A stretch of DNA of 64,000 nt from contig CAWJSC010000005.1 in the NCBI GenBank assembly GCA_963845425.1, forward strand, positions 238,246 through 302,245. Reading direction: 5' to 3'. This document shows positions 1 to 9,202 of this stretch, piece after piece. The DNA is from an uncultured Microthrixaceae bacterium (lineage in GTDB: Bacteria > Actinomycetota > Acidimicrobiia > Acidimicrobiales > DATDAH01). How positions within the stretch are numbered: position 1 is the first letter of the stretch; each line of letters opens with the position of its first letter. The position numbers were made by a program, and so were the translations under genes. The notes below the pieces were generated by a model. The model searched no databases and was not told where the DNA came from. It saw only the letters and a list, made by a program, of their open reading frames with translations.

Positions 1-1110
1 GCGCCCACCGAGGACAACGCCCGTTTCGCCCTGGACCTCGTGGCTGAGCTCACCGGCCACCACACCGGCCGGACCGTGAACATCGGCTGTGACGAGGTCT
101 TCGAGCTCCACGGCCAGAAGGCGGTGTTCCTCGAACACCTCGGCCGCCTCCTGGAGGGCACCCGGGCCCTCGGCCTCCACCCCCGGTTCTGGGCGGACAT
201 GATCCACGGGGACCCGGCGGCCGCGGCCGACATCGTCGGTGACGCCACCGCCCTGCTCTGGCACTACGAGGCCCCGATGGCCGAGGACACACCGGACCTC
301 CTGCGGGGCCTCGAGTTGCCGCCGCCGTTCGACGCGATCATCCAGGACTGGATCGACAGCCGGGCCTACCTGGGCTTCGGGCCCCGCGCCGAGCGCTTCC
401 GCGGGGCGGGCATCGACTGGTGGGTGTGCCCGGGCACCAGCGGCTGGAACTCGCTGGTCGGCCGGTGGTCCAACGCCCGGGGCAACGCCCTCGACGCCGT
501 CACCGCGGCCGCCCACTTCGGTGCCACCGGGATGCTGGTCACCGAGTGGGGCGACAACGGCCACCTGCAGCCGCCCACGGTCATGCTCCCCGCGCTCACC
601 TGTGCCGCGTCCGTGGCGTGGTGCCGGGCGACGAACGAGGGCCAGGACACCGCTGCGGCCCTTGACGCCCTCGTCCTGCCCGACGCCGCCGGCCGCGCCG
701 GCGAAGCCCTGCTCGCGGCGGGGGAGGTCTACAGCCGCACGGGGGTCATCCAGCCCAACGGCTCGGCCCTCCACGAAGCGCTGGTCGGCGGGGGGTTGGG
801 GGGTTTCGGTGAACCGACGGCCGAGGCGCTGGCTGGGATCGAGGCCACCCTGAGCGCCGTCGACGACGACCTGGCGGCCGCCGACTTCACCGACCCCGAC
901 GGCGCCGTCACCCAGCGGGAGCTGCGCCAGGCGGTGGCCCTGGCCCGGCACGGAGCTTCTCGCCTGGCCATGCGCCACGGCCTGCCCGCGCCGGACCTCG
1001 CCTCCCTGGCCGTCGACCTCGACTGCTTGCGCGAGGAGCAGGCCGCTTGTTGGAACGCCCGCAGCCGCCCCGGTGGCCTCACCGACAGCCTCGCCCGGCT
1101 GCCGGGATGA
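1..1110 (+). CDS. Glycoside hydrolase family 20-like (beta-N-acetylhexosaminidase-type) protein, C-terminal part; 5' end lies upstream of the window
   Basis: The frame is open from the window edge to the stop at 1108-1110. Motifs IGCDEV, GTSGWNSLVGRW and LVTEWGDNGHLQ resemble bacterial GH20-type enzymes. Composition is coding-like. Confidence 0.55.
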   Translation, partial: APTEDNARFALDLVAELTGHHTGRTVNIGCDEVFELHGQKAVFLEHLGRLLEGTRALGLHPRFWADMIHGDPAAAADIVGDATALLWHYEAPMAEDTPDLLRGLELPPPFDAIIQDWIDSRAYLGFGPRAERFRGAGIDWWVCPGTSGWNSLVGRWSNARGNALDAVTAAAHFGATGMLVTEWGDNGHLQPPTVMLPALTCAASVAWCRATNEGQDTAAALDALVLPDAAGRAGEALLAAGEVYSRTGVIQPNGSALHEALVGGGLGGFGEPTAEALAGIEATLSAVDDDLAAADFTDPDGAVTQRELRQAVALARHGASRLAMRHGLPAPDLASLAVDLDCLREEQAACWNARSRPGGLTDSLARLPG

Positions 1111-1166
1111 TGCCGCGTCCCGTGTCGGTGCGGGTCCGGCCCGCCGGCTGATCTACCGTCTGCGCC

Positions 1167-1631
1167 GTGACTCCACTTCGCTACGACGACATCGACGGGA
1201 TCAACGCCTCGGCCGGCGGCGACTACGGGGACTGGGGCCCCGAGATCGAGGTGACTCAGGAGAAGATCAACCAGTTCGCCGAGCTCACGGGCGACCACCA
1301 GTGGATCCACGTGGACATCGAGCGGGCCAACGCGGGGCCCTTCGGCGGCCCCATCGCCCACGGCTTCCTGACCCTGTCCCTGCTGCCCGCGCTCACGGCC
1401 GGCAACGCCCTCACCCTCGAGGGTGTGCTCAACGCCGTCAACTACGGCGCCGACGGCCTGCGCTTCCTGGCCCCCGTGCCCGCCGGCGCCAAGGTCCACG
1501 CCCGCAGCAAGCTGGTCAGCGCCGAGGCCAAGGGCAGCGGCACGCTGATCAAGTCCGAGACAGCCGTCCACGTCGTCGGCGCCGAGAAGCCCAGCCTCGT
1601 CTACCAGATGCTCGTCCTCTACATGGGCTGA
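1167..1631 (+). CDS. MaoC-like (R)-specific enoyl-CoA hydratase / hot-dog dehydratase
   Basis: 154-aa ORF with a GTG start. MaoC hot-dog signature around FAELTGDHQWIHVD and GPIAHGFLTLS. Confidence 0.8.
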   Translation: MTPLRYDDIDGINASAGGDYGDWGPEIEVTQEKINQFAELTGDHQWIHVDIERANAGPFGGPIAHGFLTLSLLPALTAGNALTLEGVLNAVNYGADGLRFLAPVPAGAKVHARSKLVSAEAKGSGTLIKSETAVHVVGAEKPSLVYQMLVLYMG

Positions 1632-1699
1632 CGCCGCGGCCGCGCTTCGGCCTCCACGAGGCCCCGCCCGATGCCTTCGACCTCGTCCGGGGGCCGGAC

Positions 1700-2491
1700 T
1701 CAGCCGGCCGCCAGCCAGTCGGCGATGGCGGGCAGGGCGGTGCGGTCCTGGACGAAGAAGGCGTGGCCCCCGTCGAACCAGTGGAGATCCGCGCCCTGGA
1801 TCTGACCGAGGAGTGCCTCCTGGTTGGTGGGAGGGGCGATGCCGTCGAAGCGTCCGGCGGCGATCAGGACGGGTAGGTCCAGGTGCGGAAGCCGGTTCCA
1901 CACGTCGTGGTGGGACCGGGCCTGCAGTTGGAGCCGCTCGCCTTCGGTGGGTGGGTGGCCGGCCAGGGCGGCCATGGCCTCGGTCCAGACGGCCCGCAGT
2001 TCGGGGTCCTCGACGGTACGGGTGTCCAGCCAGGCCACCTGCTGGGCCAGACGCGCGTCGGGCGGGAGGTCGGCCAGGGTGTGCAAGGGAGCCGACGAGC
2101 CGCCGGCCCCTCCCGGTGACGTGCAGGCCAGGCCGAGACGCTCGATGCGTTCGGGGGTGGTGACGGCCAGTTCCTGGGCGACCATGCCGCCGAAGGACAC
2201 GCCCAGGACGCGGCAGGCGTCCCAGCCCACGTGGTCCAGCAGGCCGATGGCGTCGGCCGCGTAGTCCGCCATCGTGGGCTCGCGGTGCGGGTCGTCGGGC
2301 ACCGAGGACCCCAACCCCCGGTGGTCGTAGGCCAGGACCTCGAACCGCTCGGCCAGCGCCGGATGGTCGTGCGTGCGGGGCTGGCGCCGCAGGTCCGACC
2401 CCGATCCTGAGATCAGCAACAGCCGTGGCGCTCCGGCCGTCCCCCCGAGCTCGTACTCGAGCCGCACCCCCGGCAACATCACGCTGCTCAT
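1700..2491 (-). CDS. Alpha/beta-fold hydrolase
   Basis: 263 aa. Oxyanion region LLLISGSG, nucleophile elbow GVSFGG (G-x-S-x-G), C-terminal His region GGHAFF. Confidence 0.8.
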   Translation of the reverse strand: MSSVMLPGVRLEYELGGTAGAPRLLLISGSGSDLRRQPRTHDHPALAERFEVLAYDHRGLGSSVPDDPHREPTMADYAADAIGLLDHVGWDACRVLGVSFGGMVAQELAVTTPERIERLGLACTSPGGAGGSSAPLHTLADLPPDARLAQQVAWLDTRTVEDPELRAVWTEAMAALAGHPPTEGERLQLQARSHHDVWNRLPHLDLPVLIAAGRFDGIAPPTNQEALLGQIQGADLHWFDGGHAFFVQDRTALPAIADWLAAG

Positions 2492-2549
2492 CTCGCGTTC
2501 TTACCCGGGATCTGGCCCCCGCGGGGCCTCGCCGCGAGGAGGAACGCGG

Positions 2550-3116
2550 TCAGTTGGCGCTGAGGTCGTCGGGGAAGAGGGCGAGGCGGGCGAGGTCGGC
2601 GTCGGGTTGGCGGCGCAGGACGGCGCGCCAGAGGTCGTCGGGGGCGGTGGTGGTGATGTCCTCCGCCTCGGCCTCGACGACGAACCAGCCGCCCATCGCC
2701 AGCTCGCCCTCCAACTGGTTGGGGCCCCAGCCCGCGTAGCCGGTGAAGAGGCGGACGCCGCCGACGTCACCCAGCAGGCCGACGGGGTCGGCCTCGAGGT
2801 CGAGCACGCCGATCCCGGCGTGGACGGGGGTCAGGCCCTCGGGCGCCGCGTCGTGGACCATCCGGCCGAGGCCCAGGACCGAGCCCTGCTCCACCGGGCC
2901 GCCGATGAAGACCGCAGAGGGCGCGGCGGCCAGGTCAGCCCACTGGGGGAGGGCGTCGGCCAGGTCTATGGGGGAGGGGCGGTTGAGGACCACGCCCAGC
3001 GCTCCTTCCTCGTTGTGCTCGATCATGAACACGACGGTGCGACGGAAGTTGGGGTCCTCCAGCGGGGGCCCGGCCACCAGCAGGCGGCCCCGCGTCGGTG
3101 TCGGGCCGAAGCTCAC
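2550..3116 (-). CDS. YqgE/AlgH family protein (UPF0301)
   Basis: LLVAGPPLEDPNFRRTVVFMIEHNEEGALGVVLNRP and FTGYAGWGPNQLEGE are typical of YqgE/AlgH. The GTG start at 3116 overlaps the upstream stop by 4 nt (GTGA). The upstream part of the 450-aa ORF is Arg/Pro-rich shadow. Confidence 0.75.
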   Translation of the reverse strand: MSFGPTPTRGRLLVAGPPLEDPNFRRTVVFMIEHNEEGALGVVLNRPSPIDLADALPQWADLAAAPSAVFIGGPVEQGSVLGLGRMVHDAAPEGLTPVHAGIGVLDLEADPVGLLGDVGGVRLFTGYAGWGPNQLEGELAMGGWFVVEAEAEDITTTAPDDLWRAVLRRQPDADLARLALFPDDLSAN

Positions 3117-3475
3117 GCCGGCGGGTCGGGCTGGTTGAGCTCGATGAGGTTGCCGGCCGGGTCGTGGAAGAAGCACTGGCGCCCGGTCCCGATCGGCGAC
3201 GGCTCGCTGACCTCCACGCCATGGTCGATCAACCGGGCCCGGGCGGCGTCGGCGTCGGCGACCCGGAACGCGAAGTGCTGGCCGGCGGGCGCTTGGTGGC
3301 CGGCGATCTCGATCAGGTGGATCTGGACGTCTCCCGCGTCGAGCCAGACCCCCGGGATGCCCAGCTCGGGTCGCTCGAGTCGGCGCAGACCGAGGATGTC
3401 CTCGTAGAAGGCCCGACCCGCTTCTGCGTCGTCCACGTTGAGGGACACATGGTGGATGCCGGCGAGCAGGTTCAT
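3113..3475 (-). CDS. VOC (glyoxalase/bleomycin-resistance/dioxygenase) family protein
   Basis: 120 aa. IHHVSLNVDD...FYEDILGL and HFAFRV...FFHDPAGNLIEL match the VOC fold pattern. Confidence 0.8.
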   Translation of the reverse strand: MNLLAGIHHVSLNVDDAEAGRAFYEDILGLRRLERPELGIPGVWLDAGDVQIHLIEIAGHQAPAGQHFAFRVADADAARARLIDHGVEVSEPSPIGTGRQCFFHDPAGNLIELNQPDPPA

Positions 3476-3918
3476 CCGTCGTCCTCCAGGCCAGGCCAGA
3501 ACGAGCGGAGGTGCTCGGAGAACTCCTGGCTGCCCTGACCCTCGGCCTCCAGGGCGTGCAGGAACGACGTGACGAGCATGCGGTAGAACTCCTCGCTCTC
3601 GGGTGGGGCCTGGGAATAACCCCGTTCTTCGGCGCGGGCGGCCAGGTTGCTGGCCACGCGGAAGAAGGCGTGGGACAGGTACTCGGCCTCCTCCGCCGGG
3701 ACCTCGTGCTCCCAGCGCATCTCCTCGACGCCGGTGGCCGCCGCCTCCCAGTCGTCCAGGTAACGCGCGAAGGTCTGGAGGGTGTCGTCGGGCAGCCAGA
3801 CGTCATCGGAGCCGGGCTGGCCGACGACCTCCTCGAGTGCTTTGCGGGCGTAGCCCACCCAGGCCGTGACGCTCGCGGCCGGGACCGGCCCGATCTGCAC
3901 ATGCACTGTTCCCGACAC
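3472..3918 (-). CDS. Hypothetical protein
   Basis: 148-aa ORF with coding-like composition. ATGA overlap with the downstream VOC gene suggests a three-gene operon. No family recognised. Confidence 0.5.
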   Translation of the reverse strand: MSGTVHVQIGPVPAASVTAWVGYARKALEEVVGQPGSDDVWLPDDTLQTFARYLDDWEAAATGVEEMRWEHEVPAEEAEYLSHAFFRVASNLAARAEERGYSQAPPESEEFYRMLVTSFLHALEAEGQGSQEFSEHLRSFWPGLEDDG

Positions 3919-4032
3919 TACGCCGCGGTCGCCGGGCCGTCAGGCCGACGGTCCCGGCATCGCCTTGGGGGGGATCGGGAGGGGGGCGCTAGCGTCGTTT
4001 TGCTCGCATTCGGTCCAACGAAGGAAACCCCA

Positions 4033-5241
4033 ATGCCCGAAGCCGTCGTCGTCGCCGCCACCCGGAGCCCCATCGGCCGGGCCAACAAGGGGTCGCTGGT
4101 CGACATGCGCCCCGATGACCTGGCCACCCAGGTCGTGACCTCGCTCATGAAGCGGTCCGGTGTGGACGCCTCCGAGGTCGAGGACCTGATCATGGGCTGT
4201 GGCCAGCCCGCCGGCGAGTCCGGCTACAACATCGGTCGCGTCGTCGCCGTCGAGGCCGGGATGCCCGACGTCCCCGGCGTGACCGTCAACCGCTACTGCT
4301 CGTCGTCGCTGCAGACGACCCGCATGGCCGCCCACGCCATCAGGGCGGGCGAGGGCGACTGCTTCATCTCCGCCGGCGTCGAGACGGTCAGTCGCTTCAT
4401 GAGCGGCATGTCCGACGGCATGCCCGGCACCACCAACCCGAGCTTCGATGGCGCCCGGGCCCGCACCGCCGAGCGCAGCCAGGGGGGCCAGGGCGCCTGG
4501 GCCCCGCCGGAGGGCCTGCCCGACATCTACATCGCCATGGGCGAGACGGCCGAGAACGTGGCCGAGTACAAGCAGGTCGAGCGGTCCCGCATGGACGAGT
4601 TCGCCGCCCTCTCCCAGCAGCGGGCCGTGACGTCCCAGCAGGAGGGCTGGTTCGACTGGGAGATCACCCCGATCACGCTCCCCGACGGCACGGTGGTCAC
4701 CAAGGACGACGGCCCCCGGGACGGCACCACCAAGGAGAAGCTGGGTGAGCTGAAGCCGGTCTTCCGCCCCGACGGCAGCATCACGGCCGGCAACGCCTGC
4801 CCCCTCAACGACGGGGCCGCCGCCGTGCTGGTCATGAGCGACACCAAGGCCAAGGCCCTGGGCCTCACCCCGCTGGCCCGCATCGTGGCCTCGGGCGTGT
4901 CGGGCCTGAACCCCGAGATCATGGGCCTCGGCCCCATCGAGGCCTCCAAGCAGGCCATGGCCCGGGCCGGGCTGGGCATGGACGACATCGACCTGGTCGA
5001 GATCAACGAGGCCTTTGCCGCCCAGGTCATCCCCTCGGCCGACGAGCTGGGCATCGAGTGGGACAAGCTGAACGTGGCCGGCGGCGCCATCGCCCTGGGC
5101 CACCCCTTCGGTATGACCGGTGCCCGCATCACGGCCACGCTGATCCACAACCTCCGGGAGCACGACAAGACGTTCGGCCTGGAGACCATGTGTGTCGGCG
5201 GGGGACAGGGCATGGCGATGATCTTCGAGCGCTTGGTCTGA
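4033..5241 (+). CDS. Acetyl-CoA C-acetyltransferase / thiolase
   Basis: ATG at 4033 preceded by AAGGAAA. Active-site Cys context NRYCSSSLQ, plus C-terminal GHPFGMTGAR and CVGGGQG thiolase signatures. Confidence 0.9.
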   Translation: MPEAVVVAATRSPIGRANKGSLVDMRPDDLATQVVTSLMKRSGVDASEVEDLIMGCGQPAGESGYNIGRVVAVEAGMPDVPGVTVNRYCSSSLQTTRMAAHAIRAGEGDCFISAGVETVSRFMSGMSDGMPGTTNPSFDGARARTAERSQGGQGAWAPPEGLPDIYIAMGETAENVAEYKQVERSRMDEFAALSQQRAVTSQQEGWFDWEITPITLPDGTVVTKDDGPRDGTTKEKLGELKPVFRPDGSITAGNACPLNDGAAAVLVMSDTKAKALGLTPLARIVASGVSGLNPEIMGLGPIEASKQAMARAGLGMDDIDLVEINEAFAAQVIPSADELGIEWDKLNVAGGAIALGHPFGMTGARITATLIHNLREHDKTFGLETMCVGGGQGMAMIFERLV

Positions 5242-5356
5242 GTCTTCGGGGTGACTGGCTGGGGGGCGGGGAGCGCTCGACGATCACCACCTGCTGTTTG
5301 AGGCGGGAGGTGTAGGGCTAGACCTCTACTCGAGGTTCACCCCTCCCTGTCGCCTG

Positions 5357-5410
5357 CCTGAAATTGCGCCGATTTGTCACGCCAGGCGTGACAAATCGGC
5401 GCAATTTGGC
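5357..5410. repeat. 54-nt palindromic element, variant B (perfect 23-bp arms)
   Basis: cctgAAATTGCGCCGATTTGTCACGCC-a-GGCGTGACAAATCGGCGCAATTTggc. The arms are exact reverse complements separated by 1 nt. It lies between the convergent thiolase and nfu-like genes. Confidence 0.9.
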
Positions 5411-5473
5411 TGGACGGTGGCTGAGGACTCGCCCTCGGCCGCCTACGTGCGTCGGTTTCGGTAGGACTCAGCC

Positions 5474-6139
5474 TTAGACGTAGGGATTTTCGCCGGCGGC
5501 GTGGTCGGTGACATCCACGATCTCGGTGATCTCGGGGATGTTGTCCCGGAGGGCCACCTCGATGCCGTTGCGCAGGGTCTGGGCGGCCATGCCGCAACCC
5601 TGGCAGCCCCCGCTGAGGCGGAGGGACACGACGCCGTCGTCGGTGACCGAGACCAGCTCGGCCCGGCCGCCGTGGCCGGCCACTGCCGGGTTGATCTGGC
5701 GGTCCAGCACGGTGCGCACCCGCTCGGCCACGGTCCCGGTCAGCTCGCCGAGGTCCTGGGCCATCTCAGGGCTCACCGCGCCCGAAGGCGGCCGGTTCGG
5801 GTTGTCGAGGACCATCCCCGGGTTGAGCAGGTCGCGGCTGACGTCCAGGGTCGCGCCCTCCAGGAAGTCGCGGCTGCCATCGGGGACGATGACGGTCAGG
5901 TCCTCGGCGACGAGCACCAGGTCATCGGGATCGGCGTGCTCGGGAGCCTGGAAGTAGAGGTCGTAGACGAATTCGGTGGTGTCGGCCCCGACCACCTCGA
6001 CCCAGAGGGCCAGGCCGTCGGGCTGGGGCTCGTCGGCCCGCAGGGTCAGGACCCGCTTGCGGGCCTTGTCGGTGACGGTGAAGGAGTCGCTCACTGCCGC
6101 CCAGGATACGGACGGTCGGTGCCGGTGGTTCGGTGACAT
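5474..6139 (-). CDS. NfuA-like Fe-S cluster assembly protein (IscA/HesB-like N-domain + NifU-like C-domain)
   Basis: C-terminal NifU motif LRLSGGCQGCG. The N-terminal half resembles HesB/IscA-type scaffolds. The start is taken at the MSPNH Met; an upstream Met at 6199 is possible. Confidence 0.7.
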   Translation of the reverse strand: MSPNHRHRPSVSWAAVSDSFTVTDKARKRVLTLRADEPQPDGLALWVEVVGADTTEFVYDLYFQAPEHADPDDLVLVAEDLTVIVPDGSRDFLEGATLDVSRDLLNPGMVLDNPNRPPSGAVSPEMAQDLGELTGTVAERVRTVLDRQINPAVAGHGGRAELVSVTDDGVVSLRLSGGCQGCGMAAQTLRNGIEVALRDNIPEITEIVDVTDHAAGENPYV

Positions 6140-6204
6140 CGGATCGTCATCGGGGATGTTGAGGAAATCGATGGGAAAACGGCATGTGACAGCAATCACA
6201 AGCG

Positions 6205-6414
6205 TGAATGTTGCGGTTGAGTTACGAACGCGGTGATCCTGTTGTCACCCCACCAAGAGAAGCGCCTTCTGGCTGACCCCGATTCGAGGGTCATCCGGTC
6301 AACGGCCGCTCGAGCCGCTGCCCCGACGGGCCGGCCGGTGATCCCCTCACCTCCGAGCTCCGCCGCGCGCCCACAGACCGGTGGGGGTCGTCCCCCGAAG
6401 GAGCACACCCCCCT
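6205..6414 (+). promoter_or_regulatory. Structured 5' leader of the rpf gene; possible ydaO-type (c-di-AMP) riboswitch, unverified
   Basis: About 200-nt untranslated leader with two GGTGATCC...TCACC hairpins (6232-6249, 6337-6351). CGCGGUGAUCC and CCCGAUUCGA...GGUCAAC segments loosely resemble ydaO conserved blocks. A GAAGGAG RBS lies at 6397-6403. Confidence 0.25.
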
Positions 6415-7170
6415 GTGCGAGCAATGAACAAGAAGATCGGACTGACGGCCATCGGCCTGACGCTCGTTCTGAGTCTCATCGGTGCGATCGATGGCGGCGC
6501 GGCGTTCGCGACCGACAGCGAGGACACCACCCCGTCGACAGTGCCCGCCACCACGGTGGCTCCGGCCCCGACGACGAGCGAGGTGCCGCCGACCACGGCC
6601 GCGCCCGCACCCTCGACGGCGGAGGAGGCGGCAACCACGACCACCGTGGTGCCCGCCGACACCACCACCACGGAGGTCGAGCCCAAACGTCGCTGGGGCC
6701 CCGATCCCCGCTGGGTCGACTACGGCAACTGTGGCGCCGGTTACACCGCCTGCCACGTGGCCAAGCGCCACCAGGCCCAGGGCCGCTTCCAGTGGCGAGA
6801 CGGTTACTGGTTCCGCTGGGGCGAGACCTGGGTCCGCGGCCACCGCGGCGAGACCTGGGCCGCCTTCCGTGAGGAGGCCCGCCAGGTGCGCCTGTACCTG
6901 TACTACCTGGCCGTGGCCCGGCACCGTCGGGCCCTGGTGAGTCGTTGGTCCGGCGTGGCCAACTGCGAGTCCGGCGGGAACTGGGCGATCGCCTCCGGCA
7001 ACGGGTACTACGGCGGCCTCCAGTTCAACATGGGCACCTGGGAGGCCTACGGCGGCCAGGGCATGCCCCACCAGCGTCCGGCCTGGTACCAGGCGACCAT
7101 CGCCGACCGCGTCCGTACCCAGGGTCAGGGCCTCGGCGCCTGGCCGCGCTGCGGTGCCTACTACGGCTGA
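6415..7170 (+). CDS. rpf: Resuscitation-promoting factor (Rpf) family secreted transglycosylase-like protein
   Basis: Signal-peptide-like N-terminus (KKIGLTAIGLTLVLSLIGA), Thr/Pro-rich linker, C-terminal Rpf motif WSGVANCESGGNWAIASGNGYYGGLQFNMGTW. Confidence 0.85.
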   Translation: MRAMNKKIGLTAIGLTLVLSLIGAIDGGAAFATDSEDTTPSTVPATTVAPAPTTSEVPPTTAAPAPSTAEEAATTTTVVPADTTTTEVEPKRRWGPDPRWVDYGNCGAGYTACHVAKRHQAQGRFQWRDGYWFRWGETWVRGHRGETWAAFREEARQVRLYLYYLAVARHRRALVSRWSGVANCESGGNWAIASGNGYYGGLQFNMGTWEAYGGQGMPHQRPAWYQATIADRVRTQGQGLGAWPRCGAYYG

Positions 7171-7193
7171 TCCGTACGTCAGCCCAAGCTGTC

Positions 7194-7239
7194 GGAAGCC
7201 CGTCCCCCAACGATGTGGGACGGGCTTCCGCCGTTTTCG
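7194..7239. terminator. Rho-independent terminator between convergent rpf and enoyl-CoA hydratase genes
   Basis: 13-bp perfect stem GGAAGCCCGTCCC / GGGACGGGCTTCC with a 10-nt loop, followed by GCCGTTTTCG. Confidence 0.7.
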
Positions 7240-7252
7240 ACCGACATCGGAT

Positions 7253-8017
7253 TCAGTCGAAGGTGCCGTGGCGGCCTTCGCCGGAGGCGAAGCGCCGGGC
7301 GCCCTCCCGGGTCTCGCCACTGGCGATGACGGTGAGGCCCAGTTCGGTCTCCCGGAGGAGGGCGGCGTCGACGTCGAGGGACCACTGGTCATAGGAGGAC
7401 TCCCGGTCCGAGCGCAGGCAGTGCTGGGGGAAGCGGGCGATGTCCTCGGCCAGCGCGATGGCCGCGGTCAACGCCCCGCCGGGCTCGACCAGCCGGTTGG
7501 CCAGGCCCATGCGGAGGGCCTCCTCGCCGGAGACACCCCTCCCCGTGAGGATGAGGTCGAGGGCGTGGCTGTGGCCGATCAGGCGGGGGAGGCGGATGGT
7601 GCCGCCGTCGACCAGGGGCACGCCCCAGCGGCGGCAGTACACGCCGAAGACGGCATCGGTCGCGGCCACCCGCAGGTCACACCAGACCGCCAGCTCCAGG
7701 CCACCGGCCACCGCGGAGCCCTCGACCGCGGCGATGACGGGCTTGTCCAGCAGCATCCGGGTCGGGCCCATGGGACCGTCGCCCTCGATGGTCACCCGAC
7801 TGCCTCGCCCGTCGGCCACGCCCTTCAGGTCGGCTCCCGCACAGAAGGTGTTGCCCTCCCCGGTCAGGACGGCGACGGCGAGGTCGTCGTCGGCCTCGAA
7901 GCGGCGGAACGCCTCGGCCAGGTGCCCCGCCGTCGGCCCGTCGACGGCGTTGCGCACCTCCGGCCGGTTGATGGTGACGATGGCCACCGGTCCCTCGGTC
8001 TCATAGCGCACGGTCAT
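7253..8017 (-). CDS. Enoyl-CoA hydratase/isomerase (crotonase) family protein
   Basis: 254 aa. IVTINRPEVRNAV, FCAGADLKG oxyanion motif, AAVEGSAVAGGLELA. Confidence 0.85.
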   Translation of the reverse strand: MTVRYETEGPVAIVTINRPEVRNAVDGPTAGHLAEAFRRFEADDDLAVAVLTGEGNTFCAGADLKGVADGRGSRVTIEGDGPMGPTRMLLDKPVIAAVEGSAVAGGLELAVWCDLRVAATDAVFGVYCRRWGVPLVDGGTIRLPRLIGHSHALDLILTGRGVSGEEALRMGLANRLVEPGGALTAAIALAEDIARFPQHCLRSDRESSYDQWSLDVDAALLRETELGLTVIASGETREGARRFASGEGRHGTFD

Positions 8018-8039
8018 GCCCGGAGAGTAGAAGTGTCCC

Positions 8040-8255
8040 GTGCTGCCGGACGGGGTCTATGACGTGTTCGTGGTCGACGCCGACGAGGAGGACGGGATCA
8101 TCCGCCTGGAGCTGACGATCCTGGCGGGGGACCAGAAGGGCGAGGTCGTCAACCTCGCGTCGCCCGACCTGCCGGGCGAGCCGGCCCTGCTCCTCGGTAC
8201 CCCCGGCACCCTGACCGTCACCGACGCCGTCCCCGCCCTCCGCCTCGAGCCCTGA
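8040..8255 (+). CDS. Small hypothetical protein (71 aa)
   Basis: GTG-initiated ORF with acidic, coding-like composition. No family recognised. Confidence 0.4.
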   Translation: MLPDGVYDVFVVDADEEDGIIRLELTILAGDQKGEVVNLASPDLPGEPALLLGTPGTLTVTDAVPALRLEP

Positions 8256-8375
8256 CCCCGCCGTTCCTGCAGGACCTCCAACGATGCAACGAATGGGGCG
8301 TCGGGACGGCCTGCCACCCGTCGGGGGCGAGCCAGGCCTTCCGACGCCGTGAATGTCACCCGCAGTGACCGGACC

Positions 8376-8429
8376 TCGTTCTGGCGCCTGATTCGGGCGC
8401 CATGACACCACAATCAGGCGCCAGAACGA
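8376..8429. repeat. 54-nt palindromic element, variant A (GTTCTGGCGCC arms)
   Basis: TCGTTCTGGCGCCTGATT-18 nt-AATCAGGCGCCAGAACGA, with perfect 18-bp arms. It lies between convergent genes. Confidence 0.9.
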
Positions 8430-8552
8430 CAGGGTGGGGTGACGAACTGCGGTTTGGCCACGGTGGGTGGGGATCGCGCTCGAACGGCGCCGCCGAGGCA
8501 GGCGCGAAGAGCCCGGCTCCCGTGGTTGCTGTCGGTTTCCCGCCCGGCGACG

Positions 8553-9179
8553 TCAGACGGGCTTGACCGCGTGGCCGCGGACCGTGACGCGGACGAAGGG
8601 GGGCGACTTGCGCATGGACTCGCGGCGCGCCTCGACCAGTTCGAAGCCGGCGGCGGGGATGGCCTGGTCGGTGGTGCGGGTCAGGTGGCAGTTGCCGGCC
8701 CAGCGCTTCCAGAGGGGCTCGATGCGGCGTTGCCACTTGTGGCGCTTTGGGTTCTCGTAGGCGGCCACGTGCTCCAGGAAGACGAGGCGGCCGCCGGGGC
8801 GCAGGACCCGGTGGATCTCCACCAGCGCGGCTTCGTGATCGGGGACCGAGCACAGGACGAGGGTCGACACGACGGCGTCGAAGCTCTCGTCGGCATGGGG
8901 GAGAGCGTCTACCCCGGCCTCGGCCAGCTCGACGGGGAACGACGCCGACCGGGCCGCCACCTTCGGCTCGAGCTTGGCCCGCATGTGGCGGTCCGGCTCG
9001 GCGAGCACGAGGCGGGTGACGGTGTCCGGGTAGTGCGCCAGGTTGAGCCCGGTCCCGGCGCCGATCTCCAACACCTCGCCCGACAGCCCGCCCAGCAGGT
9101 CGGCCCGCCAGTCCCGGAGGCCGGCGGCCTCGGTCTCGGCCATCGTGCGGTCGTACCAGGCAGCCATGAGTCGGGGCAC
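8553..9179 (-). CDS. Class I SAM-dependent methyltransferase (small-molecule type)
   Basis: Motif I VLEIGAGTG, acidic loop LAEPD, motif RPGGRLVFLEH. No DNA-methyltransferase motifs. Confidence 0.85.
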   Translation of the reverse strand: MPRLMAAWYDRTMAETEAAGLRDWRADLLGGLSGEVLEIGAGTGLNLAHYPDTVTRLVLAEPDRHMRAKLEPKVAARSASFPVELAEAGVDALPHADESFDAVVSTLVLCSVPDHEAALVEIHRVLRPGGRLVFLEHVAAYENPKRHKWQRRIEPLWKRWAGNCHLTRTTDQAIPAAGFELVEARRESMRKSPPFVRVTVRGHAVKPV

Positions 9180-9202
9180 GCCCGGACTGTAGGGCCGAAA
9201 CC

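Noticed and set aside
5285-5350. tRNA-like T-loop resemblance (CGAGGTTCACCCC) in the thiolase-nfu intergenic region
   Set aside because: No acceptor stem, D-arm or anticodon arm can be drawn around it, so the resemblance is coincidental.
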